Assembly (NCBI GenBank): GCA_965113315.1
Contig: OZ220363.1
Source of the DNA: Podarcis vaucheri
Lineage: Eukaryota
Strand: one strand, 5' to 3'
DNA length: 64,000 nt
Both the position numbers and the translations under genes were made by a program. This document shows positions 62,541 through 64,000 of this stretch, piece by piece. Position 1 is the stretch's first letter. Each line of letters opens with the position of its first letter. The notes beneath the pieces are model-generated. The model ran no database searches, was not told the DNA's origin, and saw only the letters and a program-made list of their open reading frames with translations.

Positions 62541-62939
62541 TTAATCAGTTATCAACAGCAGATCTGAAACAACTTCAGTCAACAAAACTCCCTTTTGGCA
62601 AGGTCATGAAATAAGTTACAGATATATTCAAGCTCCCACATCACACATGCTAAGAAATTTAGTGGTGCAGTTGGGTTTAAACCCAAGGTCATGCACGTGC
62701 CACGTCATACGTTGACTACATCACATCCTCAAGGAGGTTTTATTTTCAGTACTCCTTAGGTTCTGAAAGGTTTGTCTAGAAATAAACAGTCATCACAGCC
62801 CTATTTTCCCTACTACCCACAACTCTATACAATCAGACTGTGATCCGCTGCTCTCCCCACCCCTACCTACTCTGTGGGAGAAGACCCATCACCCTACTCC
62901 AGCAGAAGCCTAGTCGAAACCCATCAAATTATGTGCATC

Positions 62940-64000
62940 TGAGGTGCAGGGGGGAATTACCTGCGGGGAGAAGGCTGAGGTGACGGCTCGGGGTCTCATT
63001 CCGGGGACGAGCCCGGAGGCTATCTTAGTCCCTCCTCATGGTCAGACCCAGTGGGCCTCTCCGAAATCCTCGCGGCTGGTTTCGACTCGAAGGGCTGGAA
63101 GGGGCCGCCCTCGCCGCCTCCTGTGGCTTCTTTCCTTGGAGAGGAGACGTGGCAGTGAACGTCCTTTGCTGGGTCACCTCAGGAACCCCAATGGGGGCTC
63201 GCAGCACCAAGACCCCTCCGGCCCCGCAGACTTGAGGGCCGCCCGCCTCTCGTTTCCCTTCTTCCTGGCGCCCCTTTCGCGCTCGGCTCCGCTGCCCAAT
63301 TCCCGCGCGGGACAAGGCTTTCCTCAGCCCCCGTCTGGGAATATGGCGGGGGTGGGGGGTGCGCGTAGATTCGTAGCCCAAGCCTGCGGGAAAACAGCGC
63401 CTGCTGGGGAGAAGGCCTGTTGAGACCTTTGGCCCCGAGGCGGGTGACCAATATCCGGCCTCCACTCGCCGCTGCCCAGTGCTTGGTCCAGCCCAGGGAA
63501 GGGGTTGGGAATGCCCGAGGCTGGCTGGCCCGCGTACGAGTGGAGTCTCCGCTTGCGCCGCCCCTTCGAGGAAGGCTCTGAGGAACCGGCGCCGGCCTTC
63601 GAGGAGAAGTCGCTTAGCCTGTCAGCCCTACGAGCCGACCTGCCCGTCGTCGCAGGTTACACATCCAGGGTGTCCCTCACGGCCGCAGACTCCCCCTGCA
63701 GCCGCCGCCGCCACCGCCGCCATTGCTGCTGTTTGTTTTCATCCGCTCAGGGCGAGCGGAGAGCGCTGACTCCGCATCCGCCGCGGCACTTTCCACAGAG
63801 ACGAGGACCCGCCTCCCGTTATCAGCGACACCCCCCCACCCGCCCCAGTGGGCCAGCCCGCAGCCGTTAAGTATCGGCGGGAGGCGGGAATGCCCACCTG
63901 GGAGGCTTAAAGGGGTGAAGGGCCGGTCTCGTGAGGAATCTGCGACTGGGAATGAACAGGCCGGGCGTCGTGAGAGGGACTTGGAGCTCCGCCTCGGGAT
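62940..64000. promoter_or_regulatory. CpG island, ATG13 promoter (probably bidirectional with HARBI1 beyond the window)
   Basis: High GC/CpG; CCAAT at 63296 and 63448; E2F-like GGCGGGAA near 63883; forkhead-like TGTTTGTTTT at 63730-63739. HARBI1 is inferred only from human synteny. Confidence 0.8.
62961..63770 (-). other. ATG13: ATG13 probable non-coding exon 1 (5' end approximate)
   Basis: Donor CGCAG|GTAATT at 62960 at the edge of the CpG island; minus-strand YY1-type AATGGCGGC at 63724-63716, typical just downstream of a TSS. Confidence 0.55.

Overview
This is eukaryotic genomic DNA, very likely from a lacertid lizard, judged from Sauria/Squam1-type SINEs with (ACCTTT)n tails and lizard-type MITEs. 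It carries the conserved vertebrate block ZNF408(-) / ARHGAP1(+) / ATG13(-). I spliced the genes by hand: the first three coding exons of ZNF408 (the rest lies left of the window), a complete ARHGAP1 CDS (12 coding exons, 1308 nt, 435 aa) and a complete ATG13 CDS (17 coding exons, 1653 nt, 550 aa, including two frame-preserving cassette exons). CpG islands sit at about 4.8-6.0 kb (ZNF408/ARHGAP1 head-to-head promoter) and about 62.9-64.0 kb (ATG13 promoter; HARBI1 is expected beyond it by synteny). Introns hold many TEs: three young Sauria SINEs with TSDs, TA-flanked Tc1/mariner-type MITEs, 8-bp-TSD hAT MITEs and LINE fragments. Almost all ORF-track entries are spurious. The most interesting candidates are (1) a perfect CLEAR/TFEB palindrome GTCACGTGAC in a SINE in ATG13 intron 1, apparently made by a 9-nt microhomology deletion; (2) an in-frame 30-nt cassette exon hidden in the 12.9-kb ARHGAP1 intron; and (3) several uORFs in the ATG13 leader, one overlapping the start codon. 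Comparisons to human proteins are from memory, and no searches were run.
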